From sequence record OP902294.1: a DNA stretch of 64,000 nucleotides; one strand, given 5' to 3'. Below are positions 52,752 to 64,000 of the stretch, one piece after another. Positions within the stretch are counted from its first letter, which is position 1; every line of letters starts with the position of its first letter. The notes beneath the pieces were generated by a model. That model was not told the origin of the DNA, did no database searches, and was given only the letters and a program-made list of their open reading frames with translations. Position numbers and translations under genes: made by a program. This stretch comes from Staphylococcus phage BSwM-KMM1.

Positions 52752-54865
52752 ATGGCAACATATGGTAAATGGATTGAGTTAAATAATGAGATAACTCAAT
52801 TAGATGACAATGGAAAAAATAAACTCTATAAAGACCAAGAAGCTTTAGATGAGTATTTAAAATATATTGAAGATAACACAAGAGAATTTAATAGTACAGT
52901 AGAAAGAATTAGATTATTGACAAAAGAAGGGACTTATGATAAGATATTTGATAGTGTTCCTGATACTATTATTGATGAAATGACTAAGTTAGCTTACAGT
53001 TTTAACTTTAAGTTCCCTAGTTTTATGGCAGGTCAAAAGTTCTATGAATCTTATGCTTCAAAACAATACGATAAAAATGATAAACCTGTATTTGTTGAAG
53101 ACTATGAGCAACATAATGTTAGAGTAGCTTTATATCTATTCCAAAACGATTATGTAAAAGCTAGAGAATTATTGATTCAACTTATGGAACAGACATTCCA
53201 ACCATCTACACCAACTTATAACAACTCAGGACAAGCTAACAGAGGTGAATTAAGTTCATGTTACTTGTTTGTAGTAGATGATTCAATTGAGTCTCTAAAC
53301 TTTGTTGAAGATAGTGTAGCTAATGCTAGTTCTAATGGTGGGGAGTTGCTATTGATTTAACTAGAATAAGACCTAAAGGTGCTCCAGTACGTAATAGACC
53401 TAATTCAAGTAAAGGTGTTATTGCTTTTGCTAAAGCTATTGAGCATAAAGTAAGTATCTATGACCAAGGTGGAGTTAGACAGGGAAGTGGAGCAGTTTAC
53501 TTAAACATATTCCACAACGATATTTTGGATTTATTAAGTTCTAAGAAAATTAATGCTAGTGAATCAGTAAGACTAGATAAATTATCTATAGGGGTTACAA
53601 TACCTAATAAATTTATGGAATTAGTTAAAGAAGGTAAACCTTTCTATACTTTTGATACTTATGACATTAATAAAGTGTACGGTAAGTACCTAGATGAATT
53701 AAATATTGATGAATGGTATGAAGAGTTACTAAACAATGATAAGATTAATAAAGTAAAACATGATGCTAGAGAAGTTATGACAGATATTGCTAAAACACAA
53801 CTAGAATCAGGATACCCTTACGTATTCTATATTGACAATGCTAATGATAATCACCCACTTAAAAACTTAGGTAAAGTTAAAATGAGTAACTTATGTACAG
53901 AAATTTCTCAATTACAAGAAGTATCAGAGATACACCCTTATGCATATAGTGATAAGAATATTATTAACAGAGATGTTGTTTGTACATTAGGTTCCCTTAA
54001 CTTAGTTAATGTGGTTGAAAAAGGTTTATTAAATGAGTCTGTAGACATTGGTACAAGAGCATTAACAAAAGTTACTGATATTATGGATTTACCATACCTA
54101 CCTAGTGTTCAAAAAGCAAATGATGATATTAGAGCTATTGGTTTAGGTTCAATGAATTTACATGGGCTTTTAGCTAAGAACATGATTAGTTATGGTTCTA
54201 GAGAAGCATTAGACCTGGTAAATAGTCTATATAGTGCTATTAACTTCCAGTCTATTAAAACTTCTATGTTAATGGCTAAAGAAACAGGTAAACCTTTTGC
54301 AGGCTTTGAGAAATCAGATTATGCTACTGGTGAATACTTTGTACGCTATATTAGAGAGTCTAACCAACCTAAAACAGAAAAAGCTAAGAAAGTATTAAGT
54401 AAAATTTATATCCCAACTCAAGATGACTGGGATAAGTTAGCAAAAGAAGTTAAAGTTCACGGATTATACAATGGATATAGAAAAGCTGAGGCACCTACTC
54501 AATCTATATCATATGTACAGAACGCTACAAGTTCTATTATGCCAGTACCTAGTGCTATTGAGAACAGACAATATGGAGATATGGAAACATATTACCCAAT
54601 GCCTTATTTAAGCCCTATAACTCAGTTCTTCTATGAAGGAGAAACAGCTTATAAGATTGATAATAAACGTATTATTAATACAAGTGCGGTAGTTCAGAAA
54701 CACACAGACCAAGCAGTATCTACTATTCTTTATGTAGAATCAGAAATACCAACTAATAAATTAGTATCGTTATATTACTATGCTTGGGAGCAAGGATTAA
54801 AATCATTATATTACACACGTTCACGTAAACTTTCTGTTATTGAATGTGAAACATGTTCGGTTTAG
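52752..54865 (+). CDS. nrdE: Ribonucleotide reductase class Ib large subunit NrdE (~704 aa), uninterrupted by introns, with one frameshift near 53350.
   Basis: The N-terminus MATYGKWIELNNEITQLDDNGK... (NrdE-type ATP-cone-less start) continues after a frameshift into ..GVAIDLTRIRPKGAPV...NLCTEI...C-terminal ...SV. Confidence 0.85.
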
Positions 54866-54887
54866 GAAGGAAATAGATATGGATATT

Positions 54888-55927
54888 ACACAAAAAGTAA
54901 AACAACATAATAAAAATGCAGTATTAAAAGCAACAAATTGGAATATTGAAGATGACGGTATGTCTGATATTTATTGGGAGCAAGGAATCTCCCAATTTTG
55001 GACTCCTGAGGAGTTTGATGTATCTAGAGACTTAAGTTCATGGAACAGTTTATCAGAGAGTGAAAAGAACACTTATAAGAAAGTCCTTGCAGGGCTCACA
55101 GGGCTCGATACGAAGCAAGGAGGGGAAGGTATGAACTTAGTATCCTACCATGAACCAAGACCTAAATACCAGGCTATATTTGCGTTTATGGGTGGTATGG
55201 AGGAGATACATGCTAAATCTTACAGTCATATCTTCACAACATTATTAAGTAACAAAGAAACAAGTTATCTATTAGATACCTGGGTTGAAGAAAATGATTT
55301 CTTAACTGTTAAAGCTCAATTTATTGGATACTACTATGACCAATTACTAAAACCTAACCCTACAGTATTCGATAGATATATGGCTAAAGTAGCTAGTGCA
55401 TTCCTAGAAAGTGCATTATTCTACTCGGATTTTATTATCCGTTATTACTTGCAGGCAGAGGTCAAATGACTCAATCAGGAGCTATCATTTATAAGATAAC
55501 TCAAGATGAATCTTATCATGGTTCAGCAGTAGGATTAACAGCTCAATATGATTACAACTCATTAACTGAAGAAGATAAAGTAAGAGCAGACAAAGAAACT
55601 TATGAGTTACTGAACATTCTATATGCAAATGAAGTAGCGTATACACACAGTCTATATGACCCATTAGACTTAAGTGAAGATGTAATCAACTATGTACAGT
55701 ATAACTTTAATAGAGCACTTCAAAACTTAGGTAAAGAAGACTACTTTAATCCTGAACCTTATAACCCTATTGTAGAGAACCAAACCAATGTAGATAGATT
55801 ACGAAATGTAGATTTCTTCAGTGGTAAAGCAGATTATGAAAAATCTACAAACATTAAGGATATTAAAGATGAGGATTTCTCATTCTTAGACAGTAAAGAA
55901 TATGATACTGCTAAAGAATTCCTATAA
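54888..55927 (+). CDS. nrdF: Ribonucleotide reductase small subunit NrdF (~346 aa), with a frameshift near 55465.
   Basis: Di-iron ligand motifs (..EEIHAKSYSHIF.., ..DESYHG..) on collinear ORFs 54840-55469 and 55466-55927. The start is ATG 54888 with RBS AGGAAGGAAA. Confidence 0.8.
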
Positions 55928-55944
55928 AAAGGAGAAAAGATATT

Positions 55945-56274
55945 ATGGATAGAAATGAAGCAATGGATTTATTAAGCAAAACAGAGATACTATTTAAAAA
56001 ACATGATGAGTTTTCATGTGTAAGTGACATAAATGACCCTATCAAGTTATTTAGTAACTCACAAGATGTTAAAGCAGACGATATGTCTAAGTCATTTCAG
56101 TTAGAGTTTATGCATGACATGACCATGTATACTCTATCTTATGGCTCAGGACAGCTAAAGCTTATTGACTTAGCAGAAGGCTATGAAGCACAGAAAGCAA
56201 CAGTAGTTAACTCATTTCCCGAAATTATTAAAACATTAGAAAAGGATGATTCAGAAGATGGAAAACATGAATAG
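55945..56274 (+). CDS. Hypothetical protein (109 aa).
   Basis: Intact ORF with RBS AAAGGAGAAAAG. Confidence 0.4.
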   Translation: MDRNEAMDLLSKTEILFKKHDEFSCVSDINDPIKLFSNSQDVKADDMSKSFQLEFMHDMTMYTLSYGSGQLKLIDLAEGYEAQKATVVNSFPEIIKTLEKDDSEDGKHE

Positions 56275-56578
56275 TTTAGTAGATTTAAATACAGCAATTA
56301 GACAAAAGAAAGATGTTATTGTAATGATTACACAGGATAACTGTGGTAAATGTGAAATTTTAAAAAGTGTAATTCCGATGTTCCAAGAGTCAGGGGATAT
56401 TAATAAACCTATCTTGACACTTAATTTAGATGCAGAAGATGTAGATAGAGAGAAAGCAGTTAAGTTATTTGATATTATGAGTACACCAGTACTTTTAGGT
56501 TATAAAGATGGAGAACAAGTTAAGAAATACGAAGACCAAGTTACACCAATGCAATTACAAGAATTAGAGTCACTTTAA
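56258..56578 (+). CDS. Thioredoxin/glutaredoxin-like protein (NrdH-like).
   Basis: CGKC (CxxC) active-site motif in a ~106-aa protein following the nrd genes. The ORF track starts at 56246. Confidence 0.7.
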   Translation: MENMNSLVDLNTAIRQKKDVIVMITQDNCGKCEILKSVIPMFQESGDINKPILTLNLDAEDVDREKAVKLFDIMSTPVLLGYKDGEQVKKYEDQVTPMQLQELESL

Positions 56579-56579
56579 T

Positions 56580-56608
56580 TTGGAATTTCCTACTATCTGT
56601 GCTATACT
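56580..56608 (+). promoter_or_regulatory. Sigma-A-like promoter: TTGGAA, 17-nt spacer, TGcTATACT.
   Basis: Imperfect -35 paired with an extended -10. Confidence 0.5.
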
Positions 56609-56649
56609 ATAATAGTACAAGGTAGTAGGATTTTTTTAATGAAAGGAAG

Positions 56650-57382
56650 ATGACATATCGCAAAGAATAAAACATTAACGATATATAATAGTGATAGGTA
56701 TTTTAATATACACACAAAAGATAAGGATAAGATTAATGAAGCAATTAAAGTAACACACGGTAATGAGGAAGAAATTGAAAAAGATATGGATGAATTAATA
56801 TCTAAATCTAAAAGATACATTATGAGAGATGACAAGCACTACATGCTATTCAACGAGAAATACAATAATGACAGATTGATTGAAAAAGTATGTAAACATG
56901 GTGGTAAAATTACATACTATACAGACTCAGTATTACCCTATTATGTATTAAAGGATTTATCCAGTCACCCTGACTCAGAAGTTGTTTATCGAATGCGTAA
57001 TGGTTTTACCTCTAAAGAGGTAGATAATATTGCTTTATCATTCATGGGAACAAAAGTAATTATTGATATTTCTGTAGTATTCCCTTACGTTAATCCTTAT
57101 GATATTATTAGAAGTTTACATGATATCAAAACAAATGTAGATGAGGTTCATTTATCATTCCCTCGTATATTAGAAGTAGATGAGAAACAAGAAAAGTTTT
57201 ATTTCTTTGATGGTGAAGCTTATGATGTAAAACCTGAATATAAAGTAGACTTTGCTGACAAAGTTAGAGTATCTCTATCGGTATGGAAAATGTATATCTA
57301 TATCTTAACAAGTAGTCATGATTTTGAAGATGTAGATGCAGTTATTACAAAATTAAAACAACAAAGAAAGATTAAGATATAA
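56650..57382 (+). CDS. Hypothetical protein (~244 aa), frameshifted in an A-run near 56665.
   Basis: ATG 56650 (RBS GAAAGGAAG) gives MTYRKE*, and the frame of ORF 56786-57382 is open back to 56654 with no start codon of its own. Confidence 0.4.
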
Positions 57383-57391
57383 GGTGATTAT

Positions 57392-57697
57392 ATGAGTACA
57401 GCAAACAGAAGAGACATAGCAAGGAAGATATCAGAGAATACCGGGTATTATATACAGGATGTAGAAGAGATACTAAGTGCAGAAACTGATGCTATCTCTA
57501 CTTTACTAGAAGAAGGGTACACTAAAGTAAAGAACCATAAATTTATGCAAATAGAAGTTATAGAGAGGAAAGGTAAGAAAGCATGGGATGGTCTTAATAA
57601 AGAATACTTCCACTTACCTAATAGAAAAGCTATAAAATTTAAACCTTTAAAGGAATTAGAGGAAGTTATAGAACGACTTAACGAAGAAGAGAAATAA
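57392..57697 (+). CDS. HU/IHF-like DNA-binding protein.
   Basis: 101-aa protein with the bacterial DNA-binding-protein fold signature (..ISENTGYYIQDVEEILSAETDAISTLL..HKFMQIEVIERK..). It sits directly before the polymerase gene, as in K-like phages. Confidence 0.7.
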   Translation: MSTANRRDIARKISENTGYYIQDVEEILSAETDAISTLLEEGYTKVKNHKFMQIEVIERKGKKAWDGLNKEYFHLPNRKAIKFKPLKELEEVIERLNEEEK

Positions 57698-57711
57698 ATC
57701 TCTTCTTTTTT
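57686..57711 (+). terminator. Rho-independent terminator.
   Basis: GAAGAGA-aataaa-TCTCTTC stem followed by TTTTTTATT. The stop codon lies in the loop. Confidence 0.7.
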
Positions 57712-57712
57712 A

Positions 57713-57741
57713 TTGACAAGGATTAAAATGTATGGTATAGT
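57713..57741 (+). promoter_or_regulatory. Sigma-A-type promoter: TTGACA, 17-nt spacer, TGgTATAGT.
   Basis: Consensus -35 and extended -10, immediately after the terminator. Confidence 0.7.
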
Positions 57742-57770
57742 ATTATTAAGTTAAAAAGGAGAGGGATTTA

Positions 57771-60700
57771 ATGAAAGTATTAATTTTATTCGACCACATT
57801 AGAGAAGAACACTTTTCAGTAAGTAAAGATGGGAGTGTGAAGTCTAACGTATTAAATACACCAAACGGAAAAACACTTAAGAAATTACTTGAGAAGTGTT
57901 CTAATTTAAAACGAGATAAATCAAACAGAGATTATGATATTGATTTTCTCTATAATGCAGTACCTACACCGATTAGAAATGATTATGGTAAAATTATTAA
58001 GTATCAAGATATTAAACAAGCAGAGGTTAAACCTTACTATGAGAGAATGAATAACCTTATTATTGATAATGCTTACGATATGATTATTCCTTTAGGTAAA
58101 CTAGGTGTTAAGTATTTGTTAAACGTTAGTGCTATTAGTAAAGTAAGAGGGGTACCTAGTAAAGTAACTATTGAGAGTGAAACATCTTCTCACGATGTAT
58201 GGGTACTACCTACATACAGCATTGAGTACACTAATGTAAATAAAAATAGTGAACGTCACGTTGTATCAGATTTACAAACTGTAGGTAAATTTGTAGAACA
58301 AGGAGAAGAAGCATTCAGACCTAAAGAGGTATCCTACGAGCTAGTAGATACTATTGAGAGAGTAAGAGAAGTATTTAACAAAGAAGTAAAAAATGATAAT
58401 TATGATGGTGTAGATATCACTGCATGGGACTTAGAGACTAACTCTTTGAAACCTGATAAAGAAGGAAGTAAACCTTTAGTACTATCTCTATCATGGAGAA
58501 ATGGTCAAGGTGTAACTATACCTTTATACAAATCAGACTTTAATTGGAAAAATGGTCAAGATGATATTAACGAGGTATTAGAATTATTAAAGAATTGGTT
58601 AGCCAGTAAAGAAGATATTAAGGTAGCACACAACGGTAAGTATGATATCAAGTTCTTAATGAGCACTGAAGACTTTAGAGACTTTGAAAGTATTCAGGAT
58701 ACTAAAGTAGGGTGGTACTTAGCTGTAACACAAGAAGTTAAAGAATCATTAAGATTATCTGATTTAGCCTATGAAGTAACAGATGTAGGTGGATATGATA
58801 AACCGCTAGAGGATTTTAAAATGTGGTTTGTTACTAAGTTATTGAGATTCTTCTCAGATAAAGTTAAAGAAATACAAAAAGAGAATAAAAAGATTGCTAA
58901 AAAAGAATATGATATTAAAGCTCCTGAGTATAAAGAATGGTTAGATAATAAGTTAGAAGAAATGACAGGGGAGAGTGAGTTAGAAAACAAATATACTCAG
59001 TTAGGATTAACACCTGAGGTTGTTAACATGAATTATACTATGGAAGATGACTTTAAGGCTATTGCAGAACAATCACCTGAATATATGGGATTATCTAATG
59101 AAGCTAAGTCATATACCTTAAATACCGCAATTGATTTAATTAACAAGTATAGAGATGCAAAAGATGTAGTTAATGATATTGATGGAGGTAACTTTAACTA
59201 TGATTGGTTCCCTATCGAGTTAATGCATCCATATGCATCAGGAGATACAGATGTATGTAGAAGAATTCACTGTGATGTAGTTAAGAAATTAGAAGAACAA
59301 GATAGACCTAAGTCAATGCATTTATTAGAAGTTAACTATCCTAGATTAACTAAATCATTAGCTAGAATTGAATCAAATGGTTTGTATTGTGACTTAGATT
59401 ACATGAAAGAGAATGATGAGTCATACGAGTCTGAGATGGCTAAGAACCACGCTACTATGAGAGAGCATTGGGCTGTTAAAGAGTTTGAAGAGTATCAGTA
59501 TAACCTTTATCAAATGGCTTTAGAAGAGCACGAGAAGAAACCTAAGGATAGAGATAAGGATATTCATCAATATAGAGATAAATTTAAAGACGGTAAATGG
59601 ATGTTTTCACCTAGTTCAGGAGACCATAAGGGTAGAGTTATTTACGATATACTAGGTATTCAATTACCTTATGATAAAGAGTATGTTAAAGATAAACCTT
59701 TTAATGCTAATGTTAAAGAAGCAGACCTTACTTGGCAGGACTACAAAACAGATAAAAAGCTATTGGGTATGCATTAGATAACTTAGATTTAAAAGATGAT
59801 GTTAAAGAGCTTCTTGAGTTGCTTAAATACCATGCTAGTATGCAAACAAAACGTAACTCATTTACTAAGAAATTACCTAATATGATTAATAAACAAAAAC
59901 GAACATTACATGGTTCTTTCTCTGAGACAGGTACAGAGACATCAAGACTAAGTAGTAGTAATCCTAACTTACAGAACTTACCTGCTCACACATCAGACGT
60001 AAACAAATTTGACTATAAGCACCCTATTAAACGTTCATTTGTTTCTAGATTTGAAAATGGAGTACTACTAGGAGCCGACTATAGTGCCTTAGAGATGCGT
60101 ATTATTGGATTATTTACTAAAGACCCTGATATGCTACAATCATTCCTAAATGGTGAAGATATTCATAAGGCTACTGCAAGTATTGTTTATAACAAACCAG
60201 TAGAAGAAGTAACTAAAGAAGAAAGACAAGCAACTAAAGCAGTTAACTTCGGATTAGCCTTCGGTGAATCACCATTCTCATTTGCAGGTAAAAACAATAT
60301 GTCAGTAGAAGAAGCAGAAGAGATATTTGAAAAGTACTTCCAAACTAAACCTAGTGTAAAAACTTCTATTGACAATGTACATGAGTTTGTGCAACAATAT
60401 GGTTATGTTGATACGATGCATGGTCATAGACGCTTCATCCGTTCAGCTCAATCAGGAGAAAAGAAAATAAGAAATGAAGGGTTAAGACAATCATTTAATA
60501 CTATCATTCAAGGTTCAGGTAGTTTCTTAACAAATATGTCTTTAACTTACTTAGATGACTTTATTCAATCTCGTAACTTGAAATCAAAAGTTATTGCCAC
60601 AGTACACGATAGTATTTTAATTGACTGTCCTCCTGAGGAAGCTAAGTTAATGGCTAAGGTAACAATCCATGTTATGGAGAACTTACCATTTGATTTCTTA

Positions 60701-60955
60701 AAAGCTGAAATTGGTGGTAGAGAAGTACAATACCCTATTGAAGCAGATATGGAAATTGGTTTAAATTATAATGATATGGTAGATTACGATGAGGAAGAAA
60801 TTGAGACATTTAATTCTTACCAAGGTTATATTAAATATATGATGAATTTACAAACATTAGAAGATTACAAAGAGTCAGGTAAATTAACTGATGAGCAATT
60901 TGAAAAAGCTACTAATGTAGTTAAAGGTGAGAAATCTATCTATCAAGAAATTTAA
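57771..60955 (+). CDS. Family-A (Pol I-like) DNA polymerase with an N-terminal 3'-5' exonuclease domain (~1061 aa). There are no introns, and one frameshift sits in the A5 run at 59754-59758.
   Basis: ORFs 57771-59777 and 59819-60955 are collinear (..TDKK/AIGYALDNLDLKDD..). Exo motifs (DLETNSL), Pol motif A (LGADYSALEMRI), motif B (RQATKAVNFGLAFG) and motif C (VHDSILID) are present. Confidence 0.85.
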
Positions 60956-60963
60956 AAAAGTAT

Positions 60964-60991
60964 TGACAAAAGGATAACTTATGTTATACTA
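60964..60991 (+). promoter_or_regulatory. Sigma-A-type promoter: TTGACA, 16-nt spacer, TGtTATACT.
   Basis: Consensus -35 and extended -10. Confidence 0.65.
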
Positions 60992-61022
60992 GTTAAGTAA
61001 TAAGTATAAGGAGGAAAAAGCA

Positions 61023-61265
61023 ATGAATACCGGAGAAATTAGATTTAATAAATCTATGGATGAGTGGGTTATAACAAGCATGTACCAAGATAACTTAGGT
61101 GAAATGAATATTGTTATTACATTCTATAGTAGAGAAGAAAATAAACATGGTTCTATGGTTTTACCTGCTGAGTCATCTACTGGAGAAGTAGCAGAAGAGT
61201 TAGAAAATATTGAGCATGAATATCCTTTAGCTTTACCTTTAGGCAATATTACTGTGAACATTTAG
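61023..61265 (+). CDS. Hypothetical protein (80 aa).
   Basis: Intact ORF with RBS AAGGAGGAAAAAG. Confidence 0.45.
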   Translation: MNTGEIRFNKSMDEWVITSMYQDNLGEMNIVITFYSREENKHGSMVLPAESSTGEVAEELENIEHEYPLALPLGNITVNI

Positions 61266-61278
61266 GAGGAACTGATAA

Positions 61279-61760
61279 ATGGAGATACACATTGATTCAT
61301 TAGACTTTACAAATTTTACGATTAAAGATAGAAATGGTAACTCACAAGATTTTGATATTACAGATGAATTAAAGATTACAGAGTATACAATACAAGAAGA
61401 CTTTATGCAACAGTCAGCTAAATATGCTTTTGGGCTTCTATATTAGAGAAGGTAAGAGCTTATTCTGAAATGGAACAAAGAAACTTAGAAACAATTGGTA
61501 GTAAGTTAAATCTTACTATTAGACAAGAATACGAACAGCAAGGCAAGAAACCTACAAAAGATATGATTGAGTCTAGTGTATATATTCATGACTCTTATCA
61601 ACAACAGCTTAAAGTTGTTGAGGCTTGGAATTATAAAGTTAAACAACTCCAATATGTTGTAAAAGCTTTTGAGACTAGGAGAGATATGATGATACAACTA
61701 GGTGCAGAGTTAAGACAGACAAATAAAAATGGTGGAATTACGAACCCATTTTCACATTAA
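61279..61760 (+). CDS. Hypothetical protein (~160 aa), frameshifted near 61430.
   Basis: MEIHIDSLDF...SAKYAFGLLY* continues in the frame of ORF 61470-61760. It has a putative coiled coil and sits between the polymerase and the SSB/RecA-like genes, which is where a recombination mediator might sit. This placement is speculative. Confidence 0.35.
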
Positions 61761-61780
61761 AAAATAATTTAAAAATATAG

Positions 61781-61809
61781 TTGACAAACATACGGAAGTA
61801 TGATACAAT
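61781..61809 (+). promoter_or_regulatory. Sigma-A-type promoter: TTGACA, 17-nt spacer, TACAAT.
   Basis: Consensus -35 with a 5/6 match at -10. Confidence 0.65.
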
Positions 61810-61845
61810 AAATAAGTAAATTAATTAAAAGGAGAAAAGATAACT

Positions 61846-63024
61846 ATGGATTTCAATCAATTTATTAACAATGAGGCAAGCAAATTAGAAAGTGGAAACA
61901 GTACTTTTAACAATAACAGTGGTGAAAGTTATAAACCTAAGAACCCTGTATTACGATTAGGTAACGTTAGAGATGCAAATGGAAAAAAATCAGTTAAAGA
62001 GAATGCTCTTGTACGAGTATTACCACCTGCACAAGGAACAAATGTTTTCTTTAAAGAATTTAGAGCAACAGGTATTAACTACACTAAGAAAGACGGTTCT
62101 CAAGGGTTCACAGGATTAACATTACCTGCAGAACAAGGTTCATCGGTACTTGACCCTTATATTGATAATTGGATAGCAAATAGTGTTCAATTCAGTAAAT
62201 TCCCTAATAAACCTGCAGTACGTTATTACATTCACGTTATTGAATACTTTAATAATAACGGACAAATTCAACCTAAAACAGATTCACAAGGTAATATTAT
62301 GGTACAACCTATGGAATTATCTAATACAGGTTACAAAGAGTTATTAGCAAACCTTAAGGATACTATGTTAAAACCGTCACCTAATGCACCTCATAGCTTT
62401 ATTTCAGCAAATGAAGCATTCTTAGTTAATATTGCTAAAGCTAAGAAAGGTGAAATGTCATGGAAAGTAAGTGTTTATCCTAATGCTCCGCTAGGTGCTT
62501 TACCTCAAGGTTGGGAACAACAATTATCTGACTTAGAGAAATTAGCAAAACCAACAGAAGAACAAAACCCTAACTTTGTTAACTTCTTAATTAATAACGT
62601 TAATAACACAGAATTAAGTCATGATAACTTTAAATTCAATCGTGAGTCTAATGTGTTAGGTGAAGAGCCTTCAGCACCTAAGCAAGAGCCTACACAACAA
62701 GATATAGATAGTCAGATTCCAAATAATATTGGTGGACAACAACAGGCTCCTGTGCAGTCACAGCAACCACAACAACAACAAGGTAATGTTGATTGGAATA
62801 ACCTAGCTCAACAACAATCACAACCTGACTCAAACCCTTTCAATGACTTTGATGTAAATAGTATTGATGATGTACAAGTACCTTTTGATACTCAACCTCA
62901 AAATACACAACAAGCACCTGAACCACAACCTGAACCACAACAAGCTACTCAAGAACCACCAAAACAAAATAAAACACAAAGCATTGACGATGTATTAGGT
63001 AGTTTAGATTTAGATAACCTATAA
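61846..63024 (+). CDS. Putative single-stranded DNA-binding protein (392 aa), with a structured N-terminal domain, a Q/P-rich linker and an acidic C-terminal tip.
   Basis: The architecture is a ~260-aa globular region, then a low-complexity Gln/Pro tract (QQQAPVQSQQPQQQQ...PEPQPEPQQ), and a C-terminal ..SIDDVLGSLDLDNL*, reminiscent of SSB acidic tails. It is adjacent to a RecA-like gene. Confidence 0.4.
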   Translation: MDFNQFINNEASKLESGNSTFNNNSGESYKPKNPVLRLGNVRDANGKKSVKENALVRVLPPAQGTNVFFKEFRATGINYTKKDGSQGFTGLTLPAEQGSSVLDPYIDNWIANSVQFSKFPNKPAVRYYIHVIEYFNNNGQIQPKTDSQGNIMVQPMELSNTGYKELLANLKDTMLKPSPNAPHSFISANEAFLVNIAKAKKGEMSWKVSVYPNAPLGALPQGWEQQLSDLEKLAKPTEEQNPNFVNFLINNVNNTELSHDNFKFNRESNVLGEEPSAPKQEPTQQDIDSQIPNNIGGQQQAPVQSQQPQQQQGNVDWNNLAQQQSQPDSNPFNDFDVNSIDDVQVPFDTQPQNTQQAPEPQPEPQQATQEPPKQNKTQSIDDVLGSLDLDNL

Positions 63025-63029
63025 GATAT

Positions 63030-63056
63030 AGAGTGCCTGAGAGCACTCTTTTATTT
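63030..63056 (+). terminator. Rho-independent terminator.
   Basis: AGAGTGC-ctgaga-GCACTCT stem followed by TTTTATTT. Confidence 0.7.
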
Positions 63057-63083
63057 AAGATACAATTATTAGGAGGACATTAA

Positions 63084-64000
63084 ATGGCAAGAGCAAAAAA
63101 GGTAAAGAAGTAGATTTAACAGATTTAAATACAATTGATTTAGGTAAAGAGTTAGGGTTAACATTATTATCTGATAGTAATAGAGCAGATATTAAAAATG
63201 TTATACCTACAATGATTCCTCAGTACGATTATATCTTAGGTGGAGGTATTCCATTAGGTAGATTGACAGAGGTTTATGGTTTGACTGGTAGTGGTAAATC
63301 TACTTTTGCAGTTCATTTATCTAGAATTGCAACACAGCTAGGCGTTATTACTATTTGGATTGATATTGAAGGAACCGCAGATAATAACCGTATGGAGCAA
63401 TTGGGAGTAGATGTAACTAAACTATTTGCTATTCAAGCAGGAGAAGATAGACTTAAAAATGTAACAGAGTTATCTGTAGAGGCTGTAGGTAAAGAATTAG
63501 AACATTGGATTGACACCTTTAATGAGAAGGTTCCAGGAATACCTATTATCTTTATTTGGGACTCATTAGGAGCTACAAGAACTCAGAAAGAGATTGATGG
63601 CGGTATTGATGAGAAACAAATGGGACTTAAAGCATCTGCTACTCAGAAAGTTATTAATGCAGTAACACCTAAATTAAATGATACAAACACAGGATTAATT
63701 GTTATTAACCAAGCTCGTGACGATATGAATGCAGGTATGTATGGTGACCCTATTAAGTCTACCGGAGGAAGAGCATTTGAACATAGTGCTAGCTTACGTA
63801 TTAAAGTTCATAAAGCTTCACAATTAAAACAGCAAAGTGAATTGACAGGTAAAGACGAATATCACGGTCATATTATGCGTATTGAGACTAAGAAATCCAA
63901 ATTGTCTAGACCAGGACAAAAAGCAGAAGCAGACTTACTTTCAGGATATGTAGTAGGTAGTAAAGATGACCCTATAGAATTAAATGGTATTGACTTAGAG
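63084..64000 (+). CDS. RecA/UvsX-like recombinase, N-terminal ~300 aa only, since the gene runs off the window. A frameshift sits in an A-run at ~63105.
   Basis: MARAKK.. then ..GKEVDLTDLNTIDLGKELG..., with Walker A GLTGSGKST and Walker B ..IWIDIEG.. in a RecA-like core. RBS AGGAGGACATTAA. Confidence 0.75.

Overview
The window is a fragment of a Twort-like Staphylococcus myophage (Herelleviridae/Twortvirinae, most similar in gene order and sizes to phage K/G1, 'Kayvirus'). It is very AT-rich and essentially all genes are on the + strand.

The first ~41 kb is the virion morphogenesis module. It carries the C-terminal end of an acidic repeat protein, a membrane protein, the portal, prohead protease, a scaffold-like acidic protein, the major capsid protein, head-tail proteins, the tail sheath and tail tube, and a small-gene island with its own promoters. 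After that come the tape-measure protein, a CHAP tail-associated muralytic enzyme (TAME), baseplate proteins including a LysM/gp25-like and a J-like protein, an ~1158-aa adsorption protein, and two receptor-binding proteins of ~637 and 458 aa.

The last ~23 kb is the replication and nucleotide-metabolism module. It encodes an SF2 helicase, a Rep-like wHTH protein, a DnaB-like helicase, SbcD and SbcC, a gp67-like anti-sigma candidate, a primase, and a PD-(D/E)XK resolvase. These are followed by NrdI/NrdE/NrdF, a thioredoxin, an HU/IHF-like protein, a family-A DNA polymerase and the start of a RecA-like recombinase.

Many strong sigma-A-type promoters (TTGACA-17-TATAAT/TATACT) and several rho-independent terminators punctuate the operons. 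There are no tRNAs, CRISPR arrays, integrases or transposases.

About 30 genes of every functional class are interrupted by +/-1 frameshifts, essentially all in A/T homopolymer runs. This is most consistent with homopolymer sequencing or assembly errors, not with pseudogenisation. Gene coordinates are therefore given as reconstructed spans, with the frameshift positions noted.

The most unusual content is a two-gene cassette inside the baseplate module. It encodes a complete subtilisin-like S8 protease with an I9 propeptide and no signal peptide, plus a translationally coupled 156-aa partner, closed by its own terminator. The promoter-driven small-ORF island between the tail tube and the tail assembly genes is also worth a second look.
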